A stretch of 64,000 nucleotides of DNA, taken from NCBI GenBank assembly GCA_965222615.1, contig CBDCUI010000008.1, positions 256,001-320,000 on the forward strand, given 5' to 3'. Source of the stretch: Gammaproteobacteria bacterium (lineage in GTDB: Bacteria; Pseudomonadota; Gammaproteobacteria; UBA4575). Positions 21,536 through 32,278 of this stretch are shown piece after piece. Position 1 is the stretch's first letter. Each line of letters starts with the position of its first letter. Both the position numbers and the translations under genes were made by a program. Under the pieces are notes generated by a model. It was not told where the DNA came from, searched no databases, and saw only the letters and a program-made list of their open reading frames with translations.

Positions 21536-21789
21536 AACAGATCGCTACTCGAGTAACATTGTAGCAATATAATTATTTAGGGTACTAGTTCTTAGGTTAA
21601 AAAGTGTTTTCCTGAGTTAATCATTCTACAGTTAAAGCACTGGGAATAAAATTGAAAGGCGGTTTATGTACTTTACTGATGAAGATGTTTTTTTAAGCTA
21701 AGCTTACTTAATATGGTAATTTTAATATAGCTTGGGCTTACAATTAACTGAAAGGGCTCGAGTTAATATAAAAGAAGCTTGATTGTATA

Positions 21790-22887
21790 GTGATGACTGG
21801 TAATAAAAAACTAAGGATCTTAATGTTTGGACCTGCCCTTGATGCTGCATCAGGTATAGCAGCTGTAGTGAATAATTGGAAGATTGCGGAGTTAGATGAG
21901 TTTGTTAGCTTAAGATATATTCCCACTATAGATTTTAATGGTCCTGGCCGATATTTTTTAAAACTAAGTAATGGAATTCGTTCATACATAAAATTTCTAC
22001 TTACAAAGCAAGGTGATTACGATTTAATTCATATACACCTCGCTCATGGCACAAGTTTTTACCGAAAGTTTGTAATTTTCTTAATAGGATATTTAAGAAA
22101 AGATTTAATACTTATTCATTTGCATGGCTCGGATTTTGAAATATTTTATACAACAGGTGGACGCCTGCGGAAAAAAATTATTTCATGGATGTTTGATCAT
22201 GCAAATGCATTAATCGTATTATCTAAAAAATGGAAAGAATTTGCTCAGAGTATATGCAGTAACGATAGCATTTATATACTATATAATGGAGCGCTTCCAG
22301 AATTATTTGCACCAAAAATTTGCAACTCAAATAAAATTAACATTTTATTTATGGGAGAATTAGGAGCGCGAAAGGGTTCTTATGATTTAGTAAATGCATT
22401 TAATTCAATGTGTAATAAAATTCCTAATGTTTTCCTTATTCTTGGGGGGGATGGTGAAATTGATAAAACTCGTATTCTAATTAAGAAAAAAGGTATATAT
22501 AACAAAGTAAAGTTAAAAGGTTGGATATCTGGAAAAGAAAAAATTGATGCATTTCGAAATGCCGATATATATGTATTGCCTTCTTATAACGAAGGGTTGC
22601 CTGTTTCAATCTTGGAAGCTATGGCAGCTGGATTGCCGATTATTTCCACCCCAGTAGGTGGTATATCTGAGGCTGTTATTCAAGGAGTGAATGGGTATTT
22701 AATACATCCAGGTGATTGTAATTCATTATCAGAGGCTCTTGAAAAACTCTGTAGTGATGATCAATTGAGAAAACGTATGGGTATAGAAAGCCTTCGGTTG
22801 GTCAATGAAAATTTTCATTTAGTTAAAATTGTTGGCGAACTTGAAAAGATCTATAAACAAATATGGAAAGCTAAATTAGTAAACTAA
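21790..22887 (+). CDS. Glycosyltransferase family 4
   Basis: HLHGS; LPSYNEGLPVSILEAMAAGLPIISTPVGG. Confidence 0.92.
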   Translation: MMTGNKKLRILMFGPALDAASGIAAVVNNWKIAELDEFVSLRYIPTIDFNGPGRYFLKLSNGIRSYIKFLLTKQGDYDLIHIHLAHGTSFYRKFVIFLIGYLRKDLILIHLHGSDFEIFYTTGGRLRKKIISWMFDHANALIVLSKKWKEFAQSICSNDSIYILYNGALPELFAPKICNSNKINILFMGELGARKGSYDLVNAFNSMCNKIPNVFLILGGDGEIDKTRILIKKKGIYNKVKLKGWISGKEKIDAFRNADIYVLPSYNEGLPVSILEAMAAGLPIISTPVGGISEAVIQGVNGYLIHPGDCNSLSEALEKLCSDDQLRKRMGIESLRLVNENFHLVKIVGELEKIYKQIWKAKLVN

Positions 22888-23274
22888 TCTATATTCAATG
22901 CCCTGGTCTTTATATAGGATTGAAGTAAAATATTTGCTGTAATACTAATTTTAAAAGGCGCCTAAAATACTAGTATAGGAATTGAGACATCATACGCATA
23001 TTTATTTAAATGATATTCTATAGTTACATTCTTATTATCAACCACCACATTTTTAATCAATATATTACTACAAGGTAATTTCGAATATGATGATTTTTCA
23101 TAAGTTAGGTTATGAATTGGTATTACTAAATTTACCCCAAATATTTGTAGTAGCCTGATGAGTCAAACTCAAATTTCATTCTGTTTGTAAGTTTGTGTGT
23201 ACCAACATCGTAGAATCTGATTGGGACTTTTGCTTTTAGTACTCTATAAAACATTTGAAAGAAGGAAATAATTA

Positions 23275-25167
23275 ATGTGTGGTATAGCTGGTGTTATTGG
23301 AGCGCAGGGTGCTGATTGGATTAAGGCAATGGTGAATGTCCAATCTCATAGAGGGCCTGATGATTATGGAAGTGTAGTTTTCAATGATAAAGGGGTTTCA
23401 CTAGGACATAGACGATTAAGTATCATCGACCTTAGTCCTGGTGGTCACCAGCCGATGGCAAATTCTAATAAAGACATTTGGGTAACATACAATGGAGAAA
23501 TTTATAATTATAAAAATATTCGTACTGAACTAATACAAAAAGGGCATAAGTTTCGAACACAAAGTGACACTGAAGTACTTCTATTAGCTTATGAAGAATG
23601 GGGTGAAAAATGCCTTGAGAAATTCAATGGGATGTTTGCTTTTGCTATATACGACTCTCGTAACAACAAAATATTTGCGGCTAGAGATCGCATTGGAATT
23701 AAACCTTTTTATTATTATCAAAAAGATGAACTGTTTGTTTTTGCTTCAGAGATAAAAGCTATTTTTGAATGTCCATTAGTCATAAAACAGCCTGATTATG
23801 CGGCCCTCATGACTCCTGCAAGATACCAGGTGCATCCGTGCACAGGGTTCAAAAATATTTTTAAATTACTACCGGCACATTACATCGTTTATAAAAATGG
23901 CAAGCTGACAATAAATCGGTATTGGGATTTTAACATTCAAGAACAAGGACATGGGCGGCTTGATGATCTTACTGCAGAGCTAGATGAACTAATCAATGAT
24001 GCGGCTCAAATGCAAATGATTGCAGATGTGCCTGTTGGAGCATTTCTTAGTGGAGGTCTGGATTCCTCTCTAATTTGCGCTTTAATGAGGAAAAATACAG
24101 AGCAGGATCTTCATGCGTTTACGATTCGATTTTCAGATAGTGATCAAAAGCATGAAAGGATGCCAGATGATAGTTACTATGCCAAAAAGGTTTCACGGCA
24201 TCTTGATTTCAAATATCACGAATTCGAAATTAAGCCTGATATAGAGAACCTTTTAACTAAACTGATTTGGCATTTGGATGAGCCGCTATCAGATTCTGCT
24301 GCAATTAATACATACTTAATGTCTAAGGCTGCACGTGATGAAGGCATAGTAGTATTGCTAAACGGCATGGGGGCAGATGAAGTATTTGGTGGATACCGAA
24401 AGCATATGGCTTGTTTGCATGCTGAACACTATCAGAAAATAATACCGGGGTTTCTTCGAAAAATAATTGAGAACTTTTTTGCCTCGATACCTGTTGCAAC
24501 TACATCTAGAGGGTTTAAAACTCTTCGTTGGGCAAAACGATTTTTTTCTTTTGCCTCTTTGTCTCAATTAGAGCGATATTTAGCTTCAGATTTAGCCTTG
24601 TCTAAAGAGCAGTTCGAACAGTTAATGAGGCATGCCCATTATAAAGAATCGATATATTATAAAAAACATGAAGAGTATTTTAATGAATACGAAAGTAGCT
24701 TACTCACAAAGATGTGCATTAATGATACAAAACTATTTCTACCTGAGCATAATCTTACATACACTGATAAAGCAACTATGGGAGCAAGTATAGAAAGTCG
24801 CCCACCTTTAACTGATCATCGTGTAATCGAATTTATGTTTTCACTTGCTCCAAAATTTCGTATTAATAATCTACATCAAAAGTTTCTATTAAAAAAAGTA
24901 GCAGAAAAATATCTCCCCCACGATATCATTTACCGACCAAAAGCATCATTTGGATCACCTTTGAGGAGTTGGATTCGAGGCGCACTTGCGCCTATGATCG
25001 CTGATATTCTTTCGGAAACTAATATACAGACAAGAGAACTTTACAACCCTAAAATGGTTGCAAAGATTATTGAACAAAATCGTAAGGGACTCGAAGATAA
25101 TTCACTAGTTATCTTAAATATCCTGACAACTGAACTTTGGTATCGAATGCACTTTAGTAGAACGTAA
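23275..25167 (+). CDS. asnB: Asparagine synthase (glutamine-hydrolysing) family amidotransferase
   Basis: N-terminal MCGIAG, HRGPD, HRRLSIID, NGEIYN, LSGGLDSS, G.GADE. Confidence 0.93.
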   Translation: MCGIAGVIGAQGADWIKAMVNVQSHRGPDDYGSVVFNDKGVSLGHRRLSIIDLSPGGHQPMANSNKDIWVTYNGEIYNYKNIRTELIQKGHKFRTQSDTEVLLLAYEEWGEKCLEKFNGMFAFAIYDSRNNKIFAARDRIGIKPFYYYQKDELFVFASEIKAIFECPLVIKQPDYAALMTPARYQVHPCTGFKNIFKLLPAHYIVYKNGKLTINRYWDFNIQEQGHGRLDDLTAELDELINDAAQMQMIADVPVGAFLSGGLDSSLICALMRKNTEQDLHAFTIRFSDSDQKHERMPDDSYYAKKVSRHLDFKYHEFEIKPDIENLLTKLIWHLDEPLSDSAAINTYLMSKAARDEGIVVLLNGMGADEVFGGYRKHMACLHAEHYQKIIPGFLRKIIENFFASIPVATTSRGFKTLRWAKRFFSFASLSQLERYLASDLALSKEQFEQLMRHAHYKESIYYKKHEEYFNEYESSLLTKMCINDTKLFLPEHNLTYTDKATMGASIESRPPLTDHRVIEFMFSLAPKFRINNLHQKFLLKKVAEKYLPHDIIYRPKASFGSPLRSWIRGALAPMIADILSETNIQTRELYNPKMVAKIIEQNRKGLEDNSLVILNILTTELWYRMHFSRT

Positions 25168-25252
25168 ACAATACGTTTTATACTGTCCAAGAGTATAGAT
25201 GGATGTAATTATCAGCTTTTACAAGTTTTTTGAAAAATTTTAGAGGGTTGCC

Positions 25253-27445
25253 ATGAAACAAATTAGCCAGAACTATAAAACTGGGCGAATAAGTTTAGAG
25301 GAGGTAAACGCCCCTGCGGCTAAAGGGGGAGGTATTCTGGTTCAGACGCAATTTAGTGTCATTTCTGCAGGTACAGAAGGAATGAAAGCCAAAGAAGGTA
25401 ATATGTCTTATATAGGTAAGGCCAGAGCTAGACCTGATCAGGTTAAGAAAGTAATTCAGTCTGTTCAGCAACAGGGCCTTAAATCCACTTACGAAAAGGT
25501 AATGAATAAATTGGACTCGCTTACACCGTTGGGATACTCGTTATCAGGTGTAGTTATTGAAGTTCAACCAGGTGCAGAGGAGTTTCAACTTGGACAACGA
25601 GTTGCTTGTGCAGGAGCAGGTTATGCAAATCATGCTGAAGTTAATTTCGTGCCTAAAAATTTAGTAGTGCCAGTTCCAGATAATGTAGCAATGGAACATG
25701 CCGCTTTTACTACTATTGGAGCAATTTCAATGCAAGGTTTTCGTCAAGCGCAAATGCAGCTTGGTGAAACGGCATGTGTTATTGGCTTAGGTCTACTTGG
25801 TCAGTTATTGGTACAGATACTCAAGGCGTCAGGTGTAAATGTAATAGGGATTGATCTAATGAAGTCTCGCTGTGAATTGGCAGAATCTTTAGGTGCTACG
25901 TTTGCTATGATCCCTGATGATTCAGGACTTTTAAATAGTATTAATAGGGTAACCAATAATATTGGTATTGATTGTTCATTTATAACTGCTGGAGGAAATA
26001 CAAACGCACCTATTGAACTTGCAGTCAAAATAGCTCGAGATCGAGGGCGAATAGTAGATATAGGTAAAACAAAGCTTGATTTAATGTGGAATGATTTTTA
26101 TGAGAAAGAGTTAGATATAAAATTTTCTCGCTCATATGGTCCTGGTCGTTACGATCCAAATTATGAAGAAAACGGAACTGATTATCCTATTGGTTATGTA
26201 CGCTGGACAGAACAACGAAACATGTCTTCTTTCTTACAATTAATTAGTGAAGATAAAATCTTAATAGATCCAATAATAACTTCAGTTCATCCTTTTTCTG
26301 AAGCCGAGAAAGTTTACACTGACCTTATAAAAGGAAAAGATTCAGTATTAGGTATTGTATTTAAACATGCAGAACAAGTTTCTGCTAATAAATCATTACC
26401 TGAGTTTAGCGATAGTTTAAAAGTTAGTAGAGAAAAATCTAACAAACAATATGTTGGGCTAGGTGTTATAGGAGCAGGTAATTATGCATCAAGCATGTTG
26501 CTACCACACTTGGCTAAAATAGATGAAGTGGAGTTTAAAGTAGTTTCCACAGCAACGAGTTTATCAGCTGCTAATGCAGCTAGAAAATTCAACTTTGAGC
26601 GAACCAGTACAGACTATAAAACCGTCTTAGATTCTCAGGATGTAGATGCAATTATAATTGCGACGCGTCATTCGTCTCATGCATCGATGGTTGCTGAAGC
26701 ATTGTATACAGAAAAGACTGTTTATGTAGAAAAACCTCTAGCAATTGATTTAAATGGACTTGAATTAGTGCGCCATGCAGTTAGCGAAACTGGCAATGAA
26801 CGTCTAATGGTGGGTTTTAACCGAAGATTTTCACCTTTAATGAAAAAGATAATTGATTTGGTCGATGAAAATTCCAAACCACTAGTAGTCAACTATAGAG
26901 TTCATGCGGGACAAATCGAATCAGGTTCATGGTATTTAGATCCTAGTCATGGGTCACGATTTGTGGGTGAGGCAGGCCATTTTTTTGATGTGTTTTCCGC
27001 TATTATCAAGGCGCGTCCAATATCTGTGATGGCAAGGTCATTAAGGCCAGAAAAAATTACTCATGATGATATGGAAAATGTTTGTGTGCTAGTCAATTAC
27101 GAGGATGGTTCAGTAGCAAACTTATCTTATTTAACTCAGGGTGGAGCAAAATTACCAAAGGAGTACTTAGAGATCTGTGGGGGGGGAAAGACAATACAGC
27201 TGCATAATTTTGAACGTGTTGTCATTTACGATCAAAATAAAAAGTATGTACATAAAACAAAAGGATTAGATAAAGGTCAATATGAAGAAATGAATGAGTT
27301 CATATCATCCATTATAAATAATTCGGTTATGCCTATATCTCTAGAAAGTATATTTGATACTACCCTTCTAACTTTGGCGACTGAAAAATCATTAGTTGTT
27401 GGAAAAGTAATAGATTTGGCCGAGTATTGGACAGAGTTGGAATAA
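25253..27445 (+). CDS. Bi-domain oxidoreductase (Zn-dehydrogenase-like + Gfo/Idh/MocA)
   Basis: ISAGTE, GLGLLG, SRSYGPGRYD; second domain GVIGAGNYA, VEKPLA, VGFNRRF. Confidence 0.9.
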   Translation: MKQISQNYKTGRISLEEVNAPAAKGGGILVQTQFSVISAGTEGMKAKEGNMSYIGKARARPDQVKKVIQSVQQQGLKSTYEKVMNKLDSLTPLGYSLSGVVIEVQPGAEEFQLGQRVACAGAGYANHAEVNFVPKNLVVPVPDNVAMEHAAFTTIGAISMQGFRQAQMQLGETACVIGLGLLGQLLVQILKASGVNVIGIDLMKSRCELAESLGATFAMIPDDSGLLNSINRVTNNIGIDCSFITAGGNTNAPIELAVKIARDRGRIVDIGKTKLDLMWNDFYEKELDIKFSRSYGPGRYDPNYEENGTDYPIGYVRWTEQRNMSSFLQLISEDKILIDPIITSVHPFSEAEKVYTDLIKGKDSVLGIVFKHAEQVSANKSLPEFSDSLKVSREKSNKQYVGLGVIGAGNYASSMLLPHLAKIDEVEFKVVSTATSLSAANAARKFNFERTSTDYKTVLDSQDVDAIIIATRHSSHASMVAEALYTEKTVYVEKPLAIDLNGLELVRHAVSETGNERLMVGFNRRFSPLMKKIIDLVDENSKPLVVNYRVHAGQIESGSWYLDPSHGSRFVGEAGHFFDVFSAIIKARPISVMARSLRPEKITHDDMENVCVLVNYEDGSVANLSYLTQGGAKLPKEYLEICGGGKTIQLHNFERVVIYDQNKKYVHKTKGLDKGQYEEMNEFISSIINNSVMPISLESIFDTTLLTLATEKSLVVGKVIDLAEYWTELE

Positions 27446-27515
27446 GATAAACGAAATATAAGAAAATCCGATAATTGTGTTCACACTGTGATTTAAATAA
27501 ATTATTGAAGTAAAA

Positions 27516-29483
27516 CTAAGAAGAAAATGTTGGTTTGAAATGAATGATAGATTCGGTACTATTTTTTAATGTTCCCTCGAAGACAAGTCTGGGAGCGGTC
27601 ACAATATGGTTAAATTCTTCAGAATACCAGCCTTGTATCGGTTGTTGCTGCCCTTGTTTAATTGAACTTTTCAAATAATCTGTTGGGCTTTCTACTTTTA
27701 ATATACTTTTATTGCCTTGAAAAATAATCCATACATTATTTTGCTTAACAATCTTTAACTCGGGATGTATTAAAAAACCAATTTCTACAGGTAACTCATT
27801 AGCAACACCATGTAGACTATCTTTGACAATAAAATTCCCGTTTGAATGTTGTTGTACTTGTCGTCTATGGCGAGCATTAAATTTTTTTTCATATCCGTCA
27901 TGTTCTGCGATAAGATTTAAATACTCTGTTTCACTATCATATTTAAGTAATATGCTATTTGCCTTTGTCCCCCAGTTAAAAGTACCTGAAATTTGACTTG
28001 AGTCTTTTCCATCAATAGATAAAGTATTGTGTGCCAATGTACTGCGCATATAATCACGCCAATGGCCTCCAGAATGATAAAGGTAAGTTCCAGCATCAAC
28101 TAAAATAGGAAATCCATTAATGTGAAGCCATATTGCTAGAGCATCTGCATGACCATGTGCAGCTATAGATAAATAACCAAGAGGACCATGGTCAATCACG
28201 AGAAGATATTCGGTATCATTCACATGAGTCCTAGAAATTGTATATCCTCCTTGTTTAAAGCATTTAACGCCTTGTAAAGGTTTGAATACATAATTAGTTT
28301 TCCCAAATACTGCTTCACGCAGATGTGGAACATAGACTGGAGGAGATAAATCTTTTCGTTGGGCCGAACTTGCAATACAAGAAAGTATAGACGTTACATA
28401 TAGCTCATTTGAGATTTGAGAATAAATTACTTTTCCTTCATCATCATCACCTATGCGTGGTTGATTACCACGTTTATCGGTTAACCAACGAATAAACTCA
28501 CCCGCTTTCTCGATACGATGCCAATATTGATGCGGAAAGTCATCATCGAGCTGTTTACCAACTATGCCACAAAGAAGTAACCATTCAAGTGTAAAAGCTG
28601 TATAAGTCGGTGACTGTTCTGCTCCAACTCCATCTTCATAAATTTGTTTAGATACTTCTTTAATTAGAGTCTTCTTGCCATATGCTCTCCATTTATCAGC
28701 ACTTAACATATAGGGAGCTAATTTACCTAACAGATATAAAGCACTAGCTTCCGCAATAAGGTGGTTATTGGCAGAGGAATATCGTGATGGGAACCGCATT
28801 AGCCAATAACCGTGAAAAGCTAATGACATATGGATTTTATTTTTTTGCTGTGAAGTGAATAGACTATCATCTACAAGAGAGATAACTATCAATATGCTGA
28901 CAACTCTACAAGCAAGTTCAATGCCTGATGCCCAGTTGATCCCTTTGGTTGGAGAGTTATTGTCTATCCAGTCTTCTATTTCACTGAGGCAAAATTTTGC
29001 AAGCTGTTCATTTTTATCTAAAACAGATAAAGCTGCTAATGGCTGTAAATATTGAAGTCGATTTAATTCCCAAACATATTTTACATCTCCAAATTCTTTT
29101 GTATTTCTATAATTAATTTGGAAACAATAAGTATTATAAGGCCATTGTTTTTTTGAAATTGGATCTAGGTGCCAGATACTGGATGTAGAAATATCAGGCC
29201 AGTCAATGCCTAAAAACTGGAAATGTTTATTAATGGTCGATTTGGCTAAATCTCTCCATTCTTGTACTAATTTATCATTATTTTGAAAATTATTTAATCC
29301 ATCCCCAATGCCTGGAAGTTTTGGTAGACTGAGATTTTTATCGAAATCATAGATAAGGTTTGGGATATAAGAACGAGACACTATACGTTTCCATTGCTCT
29401 TTAAATCGGTGCAGAATTTCTAGAAACGACATCGAAGAAAGCCGCTTTCTGTGCCATCGTAGTCGTAACAAGAAATTATTCAC
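27516..29483 (-). CDS. Heparinase II/III family protein
   Basis: DVKYVWELNR, NNHLIAE, EQSP.Y, IGDDDEG, AHGHADAL, VDAGTY.Y, RSTLAHNT. Confidence 0.88.
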   Translation of the reverse strand: MNNFLLRLRWHRKRLSSMSFLEILHRFKEQWKRIVSRSYIPNLIYDFDKNLSLPKLPGIGDGLNNFQNNDKLVQEWRDLAKSTINKHFQFLGIDWPDISTSSIWHLDPISKKQWPYNTYCFQINYRNTKEFGDVKYVWELNRLQYLQPLAALSVLDKNEQLAKFCLSEIEDWIDNNSPTKGINWASGIELACRVVSILIVISLVDDSLFTSQQKNKIHMSLAFHGYWLMRFPSRYSSANNHLIAEASALYLLGKLAPYMLSADKWRAYGKKTLIKEVSKQIYEDGVGAEQSPTYTAFTLEWLLLCGIVGKQLDDDFPHQYWHRIEKAGEFIRWLTDKRGNQPRIGDDDEGKVIYSQISNELYVTSILSCIASSAQRKDLSPPVYVPHLREAVFGKTNYVFKPLQGVKCFKQGGYTISRTHVNDTEYLLVIDHGPLGYLSIAAHGHADALAIWLHINGFPILVDAGTYLYHSGGHWRDYMRSTLAHNTLSIDGKDSSQISGTFNWGTKANSILLKYDSETEYLNLIAEHDGYEKKFNARHRRQVQQHSNGNFIVKDSLHGVANELPVEIGFLIHPELKIVKQNNVWIIFQGNKSILKVESPTDYLKSSIKQGQQQPIQGWYSEEFNHIVTAPRLVFEGTLKNSTESIIHFKPTFSS

Positions 29484-29650
29484 AGTTTTATGAAGTCAAA
29501 TATGATAGAAGATAGTTGCATAATTTATAAAAAAATTGTCATGATAGATTAATTATACGAACTTTCTTAGTATTCATTAGTGTTAATTCCTCTATAATTA
29601 TTTTATTAGGATGTACTTTTATATAAAACTTTAAGATCAGGTATAAATTA

Positions 29651-30964
29651 GTGAAAATTAGTATTTTTGGATTGGGCTATGTTGGTGTAGTCTCGGCCGG
29701 ATGTTTAGCAAATAATGGTCATGAGATAATAGGAATAGACCCGAATCAAACCAAAGTTGATTTAATAAATCAAGGAAAGTCACCCATAGTTGAAAAAGAC
29801 ATTGGAGAGATAATTTTCTCTGCCGTCAAGGAGAAAAAGTTACAGGCAACAAAAGATGTCAATGAAGCAATAAACAATACCGAGATTTCCCTTATTTGTG
29901 TTGGTACCCCAAGTCAAAGTAACGGTAATTTAGATCTTAAATATGTGCAAGGTGTATGTAAGCAGATCGGGACAACATTACGTGATAAAAATGAATTTCA
30001 TATCGTCGTTGCTCGAAGTACTATGCTACCAGGGAGTATGGTAAATACTGTAATTCCAACTTTAGAAAAAGCATCTGGGAAAAAAGCGGGTATCGATTTT
30101 GGAGTATGTAATAATCCAGAATTTTTAAGAGAAGGAACCGCAGTTCACGATTTTTATAATCCACCAAAGACAGTTATAGGAGAAAGTGACGAAAAAAGCG
30201 GGAATGCAGTTGCTGTGCTTTATAAAGATATAGATGCTCCTCTAATTCGTACAGATGTAAAAATAGCGGAAATGGTTAAATATGTTGACAATGTATGGCA
30301 TGCACTCAAGGTTGGGTTTGCAAATGAGATAGGAAATATTTGCAAACAACTAGAGCTTGATGGACATAAAGTGATGGATATTTTTTGTCAAGATCAAAAA
30401 TTAAACTTGTCTCCGTATTATCTTAAACCTGGTTATGCATTTGGTGGTTCTTGTTTACCAAAAGATGTTCGTGCGTTAGCATACAAAGCGCAAAGCCTTG
30501 ATCTAAATCTGCCAATCTTAAATGCGATACTTCCCAGTAATCAATTGCAGATAGAAAATGGGATAGGGATGGTTATTGAAGCTGGACATAAGAATATCGG
30601 GATACTTGGCATGAGCTTTAAGGCTGGCACCGATGATCTTAGAGAAAGTCCAATAGTAGAAATGATTGAGCGTCTATTGGGTAAAGGCTATGATATTCGT
30701 ATTTATGATCAAAATGTAAATATTGCTGCTTTGATGGGGGCTAACAGAGATTACATTCTTAATCACATTCCGCATATTTCTAAATTGCTATGTAAAACAC
30801 TTGATGAGGTTCTTGAGCATTCCAATACCGTTGTAATTGGAAATGGAGATGAAGCATTTAAAAATTTAAATGGTAAGCTAAATTCACAACAGGTGATAAT
30901 TGATCTTGTAAAAATTGCAGAGCTTGATGCGGCGGGGGGTCGTTATCATGGCATCTGTTGGTAA
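29651..30964 (+). CDS. UDP-glucose/GDP-mannose dehydrogenase family, AlgD-like
   Basis: IFGLGYVG, CVGTPS, NPEFLREG, FGGSCLPKD, FKAGTDDLRESP, C-terminal GICW. Confidence 0.92.
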   Translation: MKISIFGLGYVGVVSAGCLANNGHEIIGIDPNQTKVDLINQGKSPIVEKDIGEIIFSAVKEKKLQATKDVNEAINNTEISLICVGTPSQSNGNLDLKYVQGVCKQIGTTLRDKNEFHIVVARSTMLPGSMVNTVIPTLEKASGKKAGIDFGVCNNPEFLREGTAVHDFYNPPKTVIGESDEKSGNAVAVLYKDIDAPLIRTDVKIAEMVKYVDNVWHALKVGFANEIGNICKQLELDGHKVMDIFCQDQKLNLSPYYLKPGYAFGGSCLPKDVRALAYKAQSLDLNLPILNAILPSNQLQIENGIGMVIEAGHKNIGILGMSFKAGTDDLRESPIVEMIERLLGKGYDIRIYDQNVNIAALMGANRDYILNHIPHISKLLCKTLDEVLEHSNTVVIGNGDEAFKNLNGKLNSQQVIIDLVKIAELDAAGGRYHGICW

Positions 30965-32150
30965 ACAAAGAAAAGTTCTCATTATTGTAGAAAACCTACC
31001 CGTACCATTTGATCGTAGAGTTTGGCAAGAGGCAACTACTTTACATAATTCAGGGTATCAGGTATCTATTATCTGCCCAAAGACTAAAGATTATTTCAAG
31101 GGTTTTGAGATTATTGACGGTATCTATATATATCGTCACCCACTTGTAATTGAGGCTAAAGGTGCATTTGGTTATGTGTTGGAGTACTCAATGGCTCTTT
31201 TTTGGCAGTTTATCCTCTCAATACGAGTGTCTGTGACACGTGGATTTGATGCCATACATGCCTGCAATCCTCCAGACAATATTTTTTTAATTGGTTTGAT
31301 TTTCAAATTATTTGGTAAAAAATTTTTATTTGATCATCATGATATTAATCCAGAGCTCTATGAGGCTAAGTTTGGGCGAAGAGATTTTTTTTATAAACTC
31401 ATGCTCTTATGGGAGAGATGGACGTTTCGAACTGCTGATGTCTCAATTGCGACAAATGAATCGTATAAAAAAATTGCCATACAAAGAGGTGGTATGGACA
31501 AAAATAAGGTATATGTTGTTCGAAGTGGGCCAAATTTGAATAGATTAAAAATCATGCCACCATCTAATCAGCTAAAGTGTGGACGAGATTATTTAGTTGG
31601 GTATGTTGGCGTGATGGGCAGGCAAGAAGGCATCGACTACTTACTTAGAACAGCACAGTATATTGTTCGAGAATTAAAGCGTACCGACATACATTTTGGT
31701 TTAGTGGGTGGCGGAACAGAACTGGGGAAAATGATGGATTATGCAAGAGAGTTAGAAGTAAACGAGTTTGTTACATTTACTGGAAGAGTCCCTGATGAAG
31801 AAATGTTGCGTATGCTCAATACGGCAGATGTATGCGTTAATCCTGATGTTGCCAATGAAATGAATGATAAATCGACTATGAATAAAGTCATGGAATATAT
31901 GGCACTTGGCAAACCTATTGTCCAATTTGATTTAACTGAAGGACGCTATTCAGCCAAAGAAGCATCACTTTATGCCAGGCATAATGATGAAAAGGATTTT
32001 GCTCTGAAAATTCTACAGTTACTAGATAATAAAAATTTGCGTGAAAAGATGGGTGAATTCGGGCGTAAGCGTGTACTTAATGAACTTTCATGGGAATACG
32101 AAGCCCCAAAATTACTTGCTGCCTATGAAGCGTTGTTGGGAGTGAATTAG
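30948..32150 (+). CDS. Glycosyltransferase family 4
   Basis: VENLPVPFDRRVWQE, HACNPPD, STMNKVMEYMA; ATG at 30948 preferred over the track start. Confidence 0.9.
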   Translation: MASVGKQRKVLIIVENLPVPFDRRVWQEATTLHNSGYQVSIICPKTKDYFKGFEIIDGIYIYRHPLVIEAKGAFGYVLEYSMALFWQFILSIRVSVTRGFDAIHACNPPDNIFLIGLIFKLFGKKFLFDHHDINPELYEAKFGRRDFFYKLMLLWERWTFRTADVSIATNESYKKIAIQRGGMDKNKVYVVRSGPNLNRLKIMPPSNQLKCGRDYLVGYVGVMGRQEGIDYLLRTAQYIVRELKRTDIHFGLVGGGTELGKMMDYARELEVNEFVTFTGRVPDEEMLRMLNTADVCVNPDVANEMNDKSTMNKVMEYMALGKPIVQFDLTEGRYSAKEASLYARHNDEKDFALKILQLLDNKNLREKMGEFGRKRVLNELSWEYEAPKLLAAYEALLGVN

Positions 32151-32278
32151 CAAAAATTATTGTTCTTATTCTCTAATCTAGATCATTTTATAATAGCTTA
32201 ATTAAATGAGCACTTTTGTAAATCGCTTTTAATAAAAATGATTAGTTAGCTACTTGCTTTAAAATCAGATTGTAGACA

